A DNA stretch of 64,000 bases. It comes from Eledone cirrhosa. Lineage: Eukaryota. Under the pieces are notes generated by a model, which was not told where the DNA came from, made no database searches, and saw nothing but the letters and a program-made list of their open reading frames with translations. Positions within the stretch are counted from its first letter, which is position 1; each line of letters begins with the position of its first letter. The position numbers and the translations under genes were made by a program. The stretch is from assembly GCA_964016885.1 (NCBI GenBank), contig OZ024740.1, forward strand, positions 223,200,001 through 223,264,000, written 5' to 3'. Of this stretch, positions 26,901 through 39,636 are shown in pieces.

Positions 26901-29900
26901 CAGAACGAGGCTGAGCCCAGAACGAGGCTGAGCCCAGACCGATGCTGAGTCCAGAACGAGGCTGAGCTCAGAACGAGGCTGAGTCCAGTATGAGGCTGAG
27001 TCCAGAACGAGGCTGACTCCACTACGAGGCTGAGTCCAGAACGAGGCTGAGTCCAGAACGAAGCTGAATCCAAAACGAGGCTGAGTCCAGAACGAGGCTG
27101 AGTCCAGAACGAGGCTGAGTCCGGATCGAGCCCATAACCGAGTCGAGCCCATAGCCGGGTCGAGCCCCTAGCCGTGTCGAGCCCATAGCCGGGGCGAGCC
27201 CATAGCCGGGTCAAGCCCATAGCCGGGTCGAGCCATAGCCGGGTCGAACCCCATAGCAGGGTCGAGCCCATTGCCGGGTCGAGCCCCTAGCCGGGTCGAG
27301 ACCGTAGCCGGGTCGAGCCCATTATGGGTCGAGCCCTCGCCGGGTCGAGATCATAGCCGGGTTGAGCCCATAGCCGGGTCGAGCCCATAGCCGGGTCTAG
27401 CCCATAGCCGGTTCTAGCCCATGCCGGGTCGAGCCCATAGCCGGGTCGAGCCCCTAGATGGGTCGAGCCCGTATCCGGATCGAGCCCATAGCCGGGTCGA
27501 GCCCATAGCCGATGCTGAGTCCAGAACGAGGCTGAGTCCAGAACGAGGCTGAGTTCAGAACGAGGTTGAGTCCAGAACGAGGCTGAGTCCAGAACGAGAC
27601 TGAGTCCAGAATGAGGCTGAGTCAGAACGAGGCTGACTCCAGAAGGAGGCTCACTCCACTACGAGGCTGAGTCCGGAACAAGGCTGAGTCCAGAACGAGG
27701 CTGAATCCAGAACGAGGCTGAGTCCAGAACGAGGCTGAGTCCAGAACGAGGCTGAGAACATAATGAGGCTGAGTCCAGAACGAGACTGAGTTCAGAACGA
27801 GGCTGAGTTCAGAACGATGCTGAGTCCAGAACGAGGCTGAGTCCAGAACGAGGCTGAACCCAGAACAAAGCAGAGCCCAGAACGAGGCTGAGCCCAGAAC
27901 GAGGCTGAGCTCAGAACGAGGCTGAGTCCGGATCGAGCCCATAGCCGAGTCGAGCCCATAGCCGGGTCGAGCCTCTAGCCGTGTCGAGCCCATAGCCGGG
28001 GCGAGCCCCTAGCCGGGTCGAGCCCCTAGCCGGGTCGCGCCCATAGCCGGGTCGAGCCCCTAGCCGGGTCGAGCCTCTAGCCGGGTCGAGCCCATGGCCG
28101 GGTCGAGCCCCTAGCCGGATCGAGCCCATAGCTGGATCGAGCCCATAGTGGGTCGAGCCCATAGCCGGGTTGAGCCCATAGCCGGGTCGAGCCCCTAGCC
28201 GTGTCGATCCCATAGCCGGGTCAAGCCCCTAGCCGGGTCGAGCCCATAGCCGGTTGAGCCCCTAGCCGGGTCGAGCCAATATACTGGTCGAACCCCTAGC
28301 CGGGTCGAGCCCATAGCCGGGTCGAGCCCCTAGCCGGGTCGAGCCCATAACCGGGTCGAGCCCATAGCCGATGCTGAGTCCAGACCGAGACTGAGTCCGA
28401 AACGAGGCTGAGTCCGAAACGAGGCTGAGTCCAGAACGAGGCTTAGTCCAGAACGTGGCTTAGTCCAGAACGAGGGTGGGTTCAGAACGAGGCTGAGTCC
28501 AGAACGAGGATGAATCCGGCTCGAGCCAATAGCCGGGTCGAGCCCCTAGCCGGGTCGAGCCCATAGCTGGGTCGAGCCCATAGCCGTGTCGAGCCCATAG
28601 CCGGGCAGAGCCCCTAGCCGGGTCGAGCCCATAGCCGGGTCGAGCCCCTAGCCGGGTCGAGCCCATAGCCGGGTCGAGCCCATAGCCCGAGCCCATAGAA
28701 AGAGGCTGAGCCCAGAACGAGGCTGAGCCTAGAACGAGGTTGAGTCCAGAACGAGGTTGAGTCCAGAACGAGGCTGAGTCCAGAACGAGGCAGAGCCCAG
28801 AACGAGGCAGAACCCGGAACGAGACTGGACCCGGAACGAGGCTGAGCCCGAAACGAGGCTGAGACCAGAACGAGGCTGAGTCCGGAACGAGGCTGAGTCC
28901 ACTACGAGGCTGAGTCCAGAACGAGGCTGACTCCAGAACGATAGCCCATAGCCTATTCGAGCCCATAGCCGGGTCGAGCCTCTAGCCGTGTCGAGCCCAT
29001 AGCCGGGGCGAGCCCATAGCCGGGTCGCGCCCATAGCCGGGTCGAGCCCCTAGCCGGGTCGAGCCTCTAGTCGGGTCGAGCCCATAACCGGGTCGAGCCC
29101 CTAGCCGGATCGAGCCCAAGGCGAGTCGAGCCCATGACGGGTCGAGCCCATAGCCGGGTTGAGCCCATAGCCGGTCGAGCCCATAGCCGTGTCGAGCCCC
29201 GAGCCGGGTCGAGCCCCGAGCCGGGTCGAGCCCATAGTGGGTCGAGCCCATAGCCGGGTTGAGCCCATATCCGGGTCGAGCCCCTAGCCGTGTCGAGCCC
29301 ATAGCCGGGTCAAGCCCCTAGCCGGGTCGAGCCCATAGCCGGGTTGAGCCGCTAGCCGGGTCGAGCCAATATACTGGTCGAACCCCTAACCGGGTCGAGC
29401 CCATAGCCGGGTCGAGCCCTTAGCCGGGTCGAGCCCATAGCCGCGTCGAGCCCATAGCCGCGTCGAGCCCATGGCCGGGTTGAGCCCCTAGCCGGGTCGA
29501 GCCCATAACCGGGTCGAGCCCATAGCCGATGCTGAGTCCAGAACGAGGCTGAGTCCAGACCGAGGCTGAGTCCAGAACGAGGCTGAGTCCAGAACGAGGC
29601 TTACTCCAGAACGAGGGTGAGTTCAGAACGATGCTGAGCCCAGAACGGGGCTGTGTCCAGAACGAGACTGAGTCCAGAACGAGGCTGACTCCACTACGTG
29701 GCTGAGTCCAGAACGAGGCTGAGTCCAGAACGAGGCTGAATCCAGAACGAGGCTTAGTCCAGAACGAGGATGAGCCCAGAACGAGGCTGAGTCCAGAACG
29801 AGGCTGACTCCAGAACGAGGCTGAGCCCAGAATGAGGCTGAGCCCAGAACAAGGCTAAGCTCAGAACGAGGCTGGGCCCAAACCAGGCTGAGTCCAGTAC

Positions 29901-32900
29901 GAGGCTAAGCCCAGAACGAGGCTGAGCCCAGAACGAGGTTGAGCCCAGAACGAGGCCGAGTCCAGAATGAGGCTGAGTCCAGAACGAGGCTGAGTCAAGA
30001 ACGAGGCTGAGTCCGGTTCGAGTCCATAGCCGGGTCGAGACCATAGCCGGGTCGAGCACCTAGTCGGGGCGAGCCCCTAGCCGGGTCGAGCCCATAGCCG
30101 GGTCGAGCCCATAGCCGGTTCGAGCCCATAGCCGGGTCGAGCCCATAGCTGGATCGAGCCACTAGCTGGGTCGAGCCCATAGCCGGGTCGAGGCCCTAGC
30201 CGTGTCGAGCCCCTAGCCGGGTCGAGCCCATAGCCGGGTCGAGCCCCTAGTCGAGTCGAGCCCATAACCGGGTCGAGCCCATAGCCGGGTCGAGCCCATA
30301 GCCGATGCTGAGTCCAGAACGAGGCTGAGTCCAGAACGAGGCTGAGTCCAAAACGAGGCTGAGTTCAGAACGAGGTTGAGTCCTGAACGAGGCCGAGTCC
30401 AGAACGAGGCTGAGCCCTGAACGAGGCTGAGCCCAGAACGAGGCTAAGCCCAGAACGAGGCTGAGTCCAGTACGAGGCTGAGTCCATAACGAGGCTGAGT
30501 CCAGAACGAGGCTGAACCCAGAACAAGGCAGAGCCCAGAACGAGGCTGAGTCCAGAACGAGGCTGAGTCCAGAACGAGGCTGAGTCCGGATCGAGCCCAT
30601 AGCCGAGTCGAGCCCATAGCCGGGTCGAGCCTCTAACCGTGTCGAGCCCATAGCCGGGGCGAGCCCCTAGCCGGGTCGCGCCCATAGCCGGGTCGAGCCC
30701 CTAGCCGGGTCGAGCCTCTAGCCGGGGCGAGCCCCTAGCTGGATCGAGCCCATAGCCCAATCGAGCCCATGCCGGGTCGAGCCCATAGCCGGGTTGAGCC
30801 CATAGCCGGTCGAGCCCATAGCCGGGTCGAGCCCCTAGCCGTTTCGAGCCCCTAGCCGGTTCGAGCCCATAGTGGGTCGAGCCCATAGCCGGGTTGAGCC
30901 CATAAACGGGTCGAGCCCCTAGCCGTGTCGAGCCCATAGCCGTGTCAAGCCCCTAGCCGGGTCGAGCCCATAGCCGGGTTGAGCCCCTAGCCGGGTCGAG
31001 CCAATATACTGGTCGAACCCCTAGCCGGGTCGAGCCCATAGCCGGGTCGAGCCCTAGCCGGGTCGAGCCCATAGCGGGGTCGAGCCCATAGCCCGAGCAC
31101 ATAGAACGAGGCTGAGCCCAGAACGAGGCTGAGCCCAGAACGAGACTGAGTCTAGAACGAGGTTGAGTCCAGAACGAGGTTGAGTTCAGAACGAGACTGA
31201 GTCCAGCGCAATGCTGAGTCCTCTTCGATGCTGAGTCCAGAACGAGGCTGAGTCCACAACGAGACTGAGCCCAGAACGAGGCTGAGCCCAGAACGAGACA
31301 GAACCCGGAACGAGACTGAGCCCGGAACGAGGCTGAGCCCGGAACGACGTTGAGCCCAGAACGAGGCTGAGTTCGGAACGAGGCTGAGTCCACTACGAGG
31401 CTGAGTCCAGAACGAGGCTGAGACCAGAACGAGGTTGAGTCCAGAACGAGGATGATTCCAGAACGAAGCTGAGTCCAGAACAAGGCTGAGTCCAGAACGA
31501 GGCTGAGTCCGGCTCTAGCCCATAGCCGGGTCGAGCCCATAACCGGGTCGAGCCCATAGCCGGGACGAGCCCATAGCCGGGTAGAGCCCCTAGCCGGGTC
31601 GAGCCAATAGCCGGGTTGAGCCCATAGCCGGGTCGTGCCCATAGTGGGGCGAGCCCATAGCCGGGTCGAGCCCATAGCCGTGTCGAGCCCATAGCCGGGT
31701 CGAGCCCCTAGCCGGGTCGAGCCCATAGCCCGAGCCCATAGAACGAGGCTGAGCCCAGAACGAGGCTGAGTCCAGAACGAGGCTGAGTCCAGAACAAGGC
31801 TGAGCCCAGAACGAGGCTGAGCCCAGAACGAGGCAGAACCCGGAACGAGACTGAGTCCAGAACGAGGCTGAGCCCAGAACGAGGCTGAGTCCACTACGAG
31901 GCTGAGTCCACTACGAAGCTGAGTCCAGAACGAGGCTGAGTCAAGAACGAGGCTGAGACCAGAACGAGGCTGAGTACAGAACGAGGCTGAGTCCAGAACG
32001 AGGCTGAGTCCAGAACGAGGCTGAGCCCAGAATGAGGCTGAGCCCAGAACAAGGCTAATCTCAGAACGAGGCTGAGCCCAAACGAGGCTGAGTCCAGTAG
32101 GAGGCTGAGTCCAGAACGAGGCTGAGCCCAGAACGAGGCTGAGCCCAGAACGAGGCTGAGCCCAGAACGAGGCTAAGCCCAGAACGATGCTGTGTCCAGA
32201 ACGAGGCTTAAGTCCAGAACGAGGCTGAGTTCAGAACGAGGCTGAGTCCAGAACGAGGCTGAGTCAAGAACGAGGCTGAGTCCGGTTCGAGTCCATAGCC
32301 GGGTCGAGACCATAGCCGGGTCGAGCACCTATCCGGGGCGAGCCCCTAGCCGGGTCGAGCCCATAGCCGGGTCGAGCCCATAGCCGGTTCGAGCCCATAG
32401 CCGGGTCGAGCCCATAGCTGGATCGAGCCACTAGCTGGGTCGAGCCCATAGCCGGGTCGAGGCCCTAGCCGTGTCGAGCCCCTAGCCGGTTCGAGCCCAT
32501 AGCCGGGTAGAGCCCCTAGTCGAGTCGAGCCCATAACCGGGTCGAGCCCATAGCAGGGTCGAGCCCATAGCCGATGCTGAGTCCAGAATGAGGCTGAGTC
32601 CAAAACGAGGCTGAGTTCAGAACGAGGTTGAGTCCTGAACGAGGCCGAGTCCAGAACGAGGCTGAGCCCTGAACGAGGCTGAGCCAAGAACGAGGCTGAG
32701 CCCAAACGAGGCTGAGTCCAGTAGGAGGCTGAGTCCATAACGAGGCTGAGTCCAGAACGGGGCTGAGCCCAGAACGAGGCTGAGCCCAGAACGAGGCTGA
32801 GCCCAGAACGAGGCTAAGCCCAGAACGATGCTGAGTCCAGAACGAGGCTGAGTCCAGAACGAGGCTGAGTTCAGAACGAGGCTGAGTCCAGAACGAGGCT

Positions 32901-35900
32901 GAGTCAAGAACGAGGCTGAGTCCGGTTCGAGTCCATAGCCGGGTCGAGCCCATAGCCGGGTCGAGCACCTAGCCGGGGCGAGCCCCTAGCCGGGTCGAGC
33001 CCCTAGCCGGGTCGAGCCCATAGACGGTTCAAGCCCATAGCCGGGTCGAGCGCATAGCTGGATCGAGCCACTAGCTGGGTCGAGCCCATAGCCGAGTCGA
33101 GCCCATAGCCGGGTCGAGCCTCTAGCCGTGTCGAGCCCATAGCCGGGGCGAGCCCATAGCCGGGTCGCGCCCATAGCCGTGTCGAGCCCCTAGCCGGGTC
33201 GAGCCTCTGGTCGGGTCGAGCCCATAGCCGGGTTGAGCCCCTAGCCGGATCGAGCCCATAGCCGAGTCGAGCCCATGCCGGGTCGAGCCCATAGCCGGGT
33301 TGAGCCCATAGCCGGTCGAGCCCATAGCCGTGTCGAGCCCCGAGCCGGGTCGAGCCCCTAGCCGGGTCGAGCCCATAGTGGGTCGAGCCCATAGCCGGGT
33401 TGAGCCCATAGCCGGGTCGAGCCCCTAGCCGTGTCGAGCCCATAGCCGGGTCAAGCCCCTAGCCGGGTCGAGCCCATAGCCGGGTTGAGCCGCTAGCCGG
33501 GTCGAGCCAATATACTGGTCGAACCCCTAACCGGGTCGAGACCATAGCCGGGTCGAGCCTCTAGCCGGGTCGAGCCCTTGGCCGGGTCGAGCCCATAGCC
33601 GCGTCGAGCCCATAGCCGGGTCGTGCCCATGGCCGGGTTGAGCCCCTAGCCGGGTCGAGCCCATAACCGGGTCGAGCCCATAGCCGATGCTGAGTCCAGA
33701 ACGAGGCTGAGTCCAGACCGAGACTGAGTCCAGAACGAGGCTGAGTCCAGAACGAGGCTTAGCCCAGAACGAGGCTGAGTCCAGAACAAGGCTGAGAACA
33801 TAATGAGGCTGAGTCCAGAACGAGGCTGAGTCCAGAACGAGGCTGACTCCACTACGTGGCTGAGTCCAGAACGAGGCTGAGTCCAGAACGAGGCTGAATC
33901 CAGAACGAGGCTTAGTCCAGAACGAGGATGAGCCCAGAACGAGGCTGAGTCCAGAACGAGGCTGAGTCCAGAACGAGGCTGAGCCCTGAACGAGGCTGAG
34001 CCAAGAACGAGGCTGAGCCCAAACGAGGCTGAGTCCAGTAGGAGGCTGAGTCCATAACGAGGCTGAGTCCAGAACGAGGCTGAGCCCAGAACGAGGCTGA
34101 GCCCAGAACGAGGCTGAGCCCAGAACGAGGCTAAGCCCAGAACGATGCTGAGTCCAGAACGAGGCTGAGTTCAGAACGAGGCTGAGTCCAGAACGAGGCT
34201 GAGTCAAGAACGAGGCTGAGTCCGGTTCGAGTCCATAGCCGGGTCGAGCCCATAGCCGGGTCGAGCACCTAGCAGGGGCGAGCCCCTAGCCGGGTCGAGC
34301 CCCTAGCCGGGTCGAGCCCATAGACGGTTCGAGCCCATAGCCGGGTGGAGCGCATAGCTGGATCGAGCCACTAGCTGGGTCGAGCCCATAGCCGAGTCGA
34401 GCCCATAGCCGGGTCGAGCCTCTAGCCGTGTCGAGCCCATAGCCGGGGCGAGCCCATAGCCGGGTCGCGCCCATAGCCGGGTCGAGCCCCTAGCCGGGTC
34501 GAGCCTCTGGTCGGGTCGAGCCCATAGCGGGGTCGAGCCCCTAGCCGGATCGAGCCCATAGCCGAGAGGAGCTGATGCCGGGTCGAGCCCATAGCCGGGT
34601 TGAGCCCATAGCCGGTCGAGCCCATAGCCGTGTCGAGCCCCGAGCCGGGTCGAGCCCCTATACGGGTCGAGCCCATAGTGGGTCGAGCCCATAGCCGGGT
34701 TGAGCCCATAGCCGGGTCGAGCCCCTAGCCGTGTCGAGCCCATAGCCGGGTCAAGCCCCTAGCCGGGTCGAGCCCATAGCCAGGTTGAGCCGCTAGCCGG
34801 GTCGAGCCAATATACTAGTCGAACCCCTAACCGGGTCGAGCCCATAGCCGGGTCGAGCCCCTAGCCGGGTCGAGCCCTTAGCCGGGTCGAGCCCATAGCC
34901 GCGTCGAGCCCATAGCCGGGTCGAGCCCATGGCCGGGTTGAGCCCCTAGCCGGGTCGAGCCCATAACCGGGTCGAGCCCATAGCCGATGCTGAGTCCAGA
35001 ACGAGGCTGAGTCCAGACCGAGACTGAGTCCAGAACGAGGCTGAGTCCAGAACGAGGCTTAGCCCAGAACGAGGCTGAGTCCAGAACAAGGCTGAGAACA
35101 TAATGAGGCTGAGTCCAGAACGAGGCTGAGTCCAGAACGAGGCTGACTCCACTACGTGGCTGAGTCCAGAACGAGGCTGAATCCAGAACGAGGCTTAGTC
35201 CAGAACGAGGATGAGCCCAGAACGAGGCTGAGTCCAGAACGAGGCTGAGTCCAGAACGAGGCTGAGCCCAGAATGAGGCTGAGCCCAGAACAAGGCTAAG
35301 CTCAGAACGAGGCTGGGCCCAAACCAGGCTGAGTCCAGTACGAGGCTAAGCCCAGAACGAGGCTGAGCCCAGAACGAGGTTGAGCCCAGAACGAGGCTGA
35401 GTCCAGAATGAGGCTGAGTCCAGAACGAGGCTGAGTCAAGAACGAGGCTGAGTCCGGTTCGAGTCCATAGCCGGGTCGAGACCATAGCCGGGTCGAGCAC
35501 CTAGCCGGGGCGAGCCCCTAGCCGGGTCGAGCCCATAGCCGGGTCGAGCCCATAGCCGGTTCGAGCCCATAGCCGGGTCGAGCCCATAGCTGGATCGAGC
35601 CACTAGCTGGGTCGAGCCCATAGCCGGGTCGAGGCCCTAGCCGTGTCGAGCCCCTAGCCGGGTCGAGCCCATAGCCGGGTCGAGCCCCTAGTCGAGTCGA
35701 GCCCATAACCGGGTCGAGCCCATAGCCGGGTCGAGCCCATAGCCGATGCTGAGTCCAGAACGAGGCTGAGTCCAAAACGAGGCTGAGTTCAGAACGAGGT
35801 TGAGTCCTGAACGAGGCCGAGTCCAGAACGAGGCTGAGCCCTGAACGTGGCTGAGCCCAGAACGAGGCTAAGTCCAGAACGATGCTGAGTCCAGTACGAG

Positions 35901-37963
35901 GCTGAGTCCAGATCGAGGCTGAGTCCAGAACGAGGCTGAACCCAGAACAAGGCAGAGCCCAGAACGAGGCTGAGCCCAGAACGAGGCTGAGCCCAGAACG
36001 AGGCTGAGTCCGGATCGAGCCCATAGCCGAGTCGAGCCCATAGCCGGGTCGAGCCTCTAACCGTGTCGAGCCCATAGCCGGGGCGAGTCCCTGCCGGGTC
36101 GCGCCCATAGCCGGGTCGAGCCCCTATACGGGTCGAGCCTCTAGCCGGGTCGAGCCCATAGCCGGGTCGAGCCCCTAGCTGGATCGAGCCCATAGCCGAG
36201 TCGAGCCCATGCCGGGTCGAGCCCATAGCCGGGTTGAGCGCATAGCCGGTCGAGCCCATAGCCAGGTCGAGCCCCTAGCCGTTTCGAGCCCCTAGCCGGG
36301 TCGAGCCCATAGTGGGTCGAGCCCATAGCCGGGTTGAGCCCATAAACGGGTCGAGCCCCTAGCCGTGTCGAGCCCATAGCCGGGTCAAGTCCCTAGCCGG
36401 GTCGAGCCCATAGCCGGGTTGAGCCCCTAGCCGGGTCGAGCCAATATACTGGTCGAACCCCTAGCCGGGTCGAGCCCATAGCCGGGCCGAGCCCTAGCCG
36501 CGTCGAGCCCATAGCGGGGTCGAGCCCATAGCCCGAGCACATAGAACGAGGCTGAGCCCAGAACGAGGCTGAGCCCAGAACGAGACTGAGTCTAGAACGA
36601 GGTTGAGTCCAGTACGAGGCTGAGTTCAGAACGAGACTGAGTCCAGCACAATGCTGAGTCCTCTTCGATGCTGAGTCCAGAACGAGGCTGAGTCCAGAAC
36701 GAGGTTGAGCCCAGAACGAGGCTGAGCCCAGAACGAGGCAGAACCCGGAACGAGACGTAGCCCGGAACGACGCTGAGCCCAGAACGAGGCTGAGTCCGGA
36801 ACGAGGCTGAGTCCACTACGAGGCTGAGTCCAGAACGAGGCTGAGACCAGAACGAGGTTGAGTCCAGAACGAGGATGAGTCCAGAACGAAGCTGAGTCCA
36901 GAACAAGGCTGAGTCCAGAACGAGGCTGAGTCCGGCTCGAGCCCATAGCCGGGTCGAGCCCATAGCCGGGTCGAGCCCATAGCCGGGACGAGCCCATAGC
37001 CGGGTAGAGACCCTAGCCGGGTCGAGCCAATAGCCGGGTTGAGCCCATAGCCGGGTCGTGCCCATAGTGGGGCGAGCCCATAGCCGGGTCGAGCCCATAG
37101 CCGTGTCGAGCCCATAGCCGGGTCGAGACCCTAGCCGGGTCGAGCCCATAGCCCGATCCCATAGAACGAGGCTGAGCCCAGAACGAGGCTGAGCCCAGAA
37201 CGAGGCTGAGTCTAGAACGAGTTTGAGTCCAGAACGAGGTTGAGTCCAGAACGAGGCTGAGTCCAGTACGAGGCTAAGTTCAGAACGAGACTGAGTCCAG
37301 CACAATGCTGAGTCCACTTCGATGCTGAGTCCAGAACGAGGCTGAGTCCAGAACGAGGCTGAGTCCAGAACGAGGCTGAGCCCAGAACGAGGCTGAGCCC
37401 AGAACGAGGCAGAACCCGGAACGAGACTGAGCCCGGAACGAGGCTGAGCCCAGAACGAGGCTGAGTCCGGAACGAGGCTGAGTCCACTACGAGGCTGAGT
37501 CCAGAACGAGACTGAGTCCAGAACGAGGCTGAGTCCAGAACGAGGCTGAGTCCAGAACGAGGCTGAGCCCAGAACGAGTCCGAGCCCAGAACGAGGCCGA
37601 GCCCAGAACGAGGCCGAGTCCAGAACGAGGCTGAGCCCAAACGAGGCTGTCCAGTACGAGGCTGAGTCCAGAACGAGGCTGAGTCCAGAATGAGGCTGAC
37701 TCCAGAACGAGGCTGACTCCAGAACGAGGCTCACTCCACTACGAGGCTGAGTCCAGAACAAGGCTGAGTCCAGAACGAGGCTGAATCCAGAACGAGGCTG
37801 ATTCCAGAACGAGGCTGAGTCCAGAACGAGGCTGAGCCCAGAACGAGGCTGAGTCCAGAACGAGGCTGAGTCCAGAACGAGGCTGAGTCCAGAACGAGGC
37901 TGAGTTCAGAACGAGGCTGAGTTCAGAACGAGGCTGAGTTCAGAACGAGGCTGTATCCAGAAC
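14941..37963. repeat. ~23 kb composite satellite of two 17-bp monomers: A = GAGCCCATAGCCGGGTC and B = GAGTCCAGAACGAGGCT
   Basis: About 1,350 monomers (length divided by 17), all in one orientation. About 22 alternating A and B blocks, with recurrent variant motifs marking higher-order repeats. Confidence 0.97.
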
Positions 37964-38503
37964 GTTGTTGTATAGGTATTTTTATAGCCCGCCGTATGCC
38001 TTTTTCTATAAGTAGAGATGGGTATTTTTGTTTGAGCAAAAATTCTCTTAGTTCTGTTAGGCGTTTGTACCTGGTATTCGTATCTTCTACAATGGTACAA
38101 ATTCTTCTGGCTAGGCTGTATGTGATGTTGCGTTTTGTATGAAGTGGATGGCACGACTTAAAATTCAGATATTGATGGGTGTCTGTGTGTTTATAATATA
38201 TATCCGTGGTAATGGTGGTGTTGTTTTTGATTATAATTTGGTCCTACTCATCTCTTATGTGAATTGGAGAGATGGGTGTAGGTTATTCAGGAGGATATTG
38301 AACTCATCCAGAGTATCTAGAGATTCTGTCCAGATGATGAAACAGTCGTCAAGGTATCTCTTCCAAGATTTTTCAATGTACTTTCTAAAGTCAGTACTAT
38401 ATTTTTCCTCTATTGCTTGGTAGAGTTGTTGTTCTAAGTATCCCATTACAGAGTTCGCGTAAACGGGAGCAAACTTCGTTCCCATCGCTGTGCCTCTAAT
38501 TTG
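37964..38503 (-). pseudogene. Penelope-like RT fragment (motif B through thumb) running into the satellite
   Basis: QIRGTAMGTKFAPVYAN, WKRYLDDCFIIW, LNNLHPSLQFT*, then DIYYKHTDTHQYLNFKSCHP...LLKQKYPSLLIEKGIRRAIKIPIQQ. Confidence 0.92.
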
Positions 38504-39211
38504 CTCAAACAAAAATTCCCATCTCTACTTATAGAAAATGGCATACAGCGGGCTATAAAAATACCTATACAACAACTTAGAACAACCCAAGGAAGAAGAA
38601 ACCAAGAACTGGTCATACCATTTATAATGACACACAACCCATGTCACCAGAATATCTTCAACACTGCCAAAGCAAACCTACCGATCATTGCTCAAAGTAA
38701 TGAATTAAAAGGCTTAATCACAGATCGATCTTTGACTCTTAGTAAAAGACAGCCAAAAAATTTGAAGCAATTGCTAACAAAAGCAAAGTTTGACCTTAAC
38801 AACAAACACCAATCATTCACTGTATCTAAATGCAATGATAATCGATGCGGCACATGTCAATCCATACACACCGGTCAATATATGAAAACAAAAACTGGAA
38901 AAATATTCCCAAATGCAAATATGAACTGCAAAAGCAGAAATCTAATTTACTGCATTAAATGCCCGAATTGTGAAGAACTATATGTCGGTCAAACTGGAAA
39001 TGCATTATCGGAACGTTCACGGGTACACCGTCAACAAATCAGAGACCCAAATGTCCGTCAGATACCCCTAAGCGGCCACCTGGCAACATGTGGTCAGGGA
39101 ATATTTATAATATTCCCATTCTACAAATTACACAGCCCAAGTGAAATCAAGAGAAAGATCAAAGAAAAGAATTTTATTGATAAATTCAAACCCAAGCTAA
39201 ATGAACAATAA
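38501..39211 (+). pseudogene. PLE ORF C-terminus with Cys-rich linker and GIY-YIG endonuclease (open frame, no true start)
   Basis: KCNDNRCGTC, NCKSRNLIYCIKCPNCEELYVGQTG, R..HR, RKIKE..FI..FKPKLN. Confidence 0.9.
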
Positions 39212-39597
39212 TAACGCCTAGGGGTATTACTTCCACTACCACTATGACCACGACCACTAACAACAACAACAACAACAACAACAACAATAATAATAATAAT
39301 AAAAGTGATGTTGATGGTGATGATTAATAGAAAATGCTATTTTCATCATTTTAAAAAAAAGCAAAACGATTGATACGTTGGATATGACTATTGGTCGTTA
39401 TCATGCTCAACCAGCCGTGACGCTTAAACCAATCAGCTGTAGTAATTCAGTGAAACTACACACTGATTGGTCGAAATACAGTTTACAGGGCTTTGCATTC
39501 TGGAGCCACATTTCTCTGTATAAAATGTATAAAAGGTAGGAAATTTACCCATCTCAATACAGTTGAAAATTGCAAACTCGACTGTCACCACATACCA

Positions 39598-39636
39598 TGA
39601 ACCTGAAGATTGCGAAAGCATGAAAGTACTTGTTCA
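39598..39636 (+). ncRNA. Minimal type I hammerhead ribozyme in the PLE pseudo-LTR
   Basis: TGAAC CTGAAGA TTGCGAAAGCAT GAAAG TA CTT GTTCA; identical to the reverse complement of 14340-14378. Confidence 0.78.

Noticed and set aside
15542-37761. Dozens of minus-strand ORFs with FWTQPRSGLSLVLDSAS or MGSTRLWARPG repeats
   Set aside because: They follow automatically from stop-free 17-mers, occur in all three frames and are broken at random. There is no evidence of a gene.
14941-37963. CRISPR array, telomeric repeat or CENP-B box interpretation of the 17-mers
   Set aside because: There are no unique spacers or cas genes and no TTAGGG-type unit. The TCG-to-CGGG spacing in monomer A is 10 nt, versus 7 in the CENP-B box.
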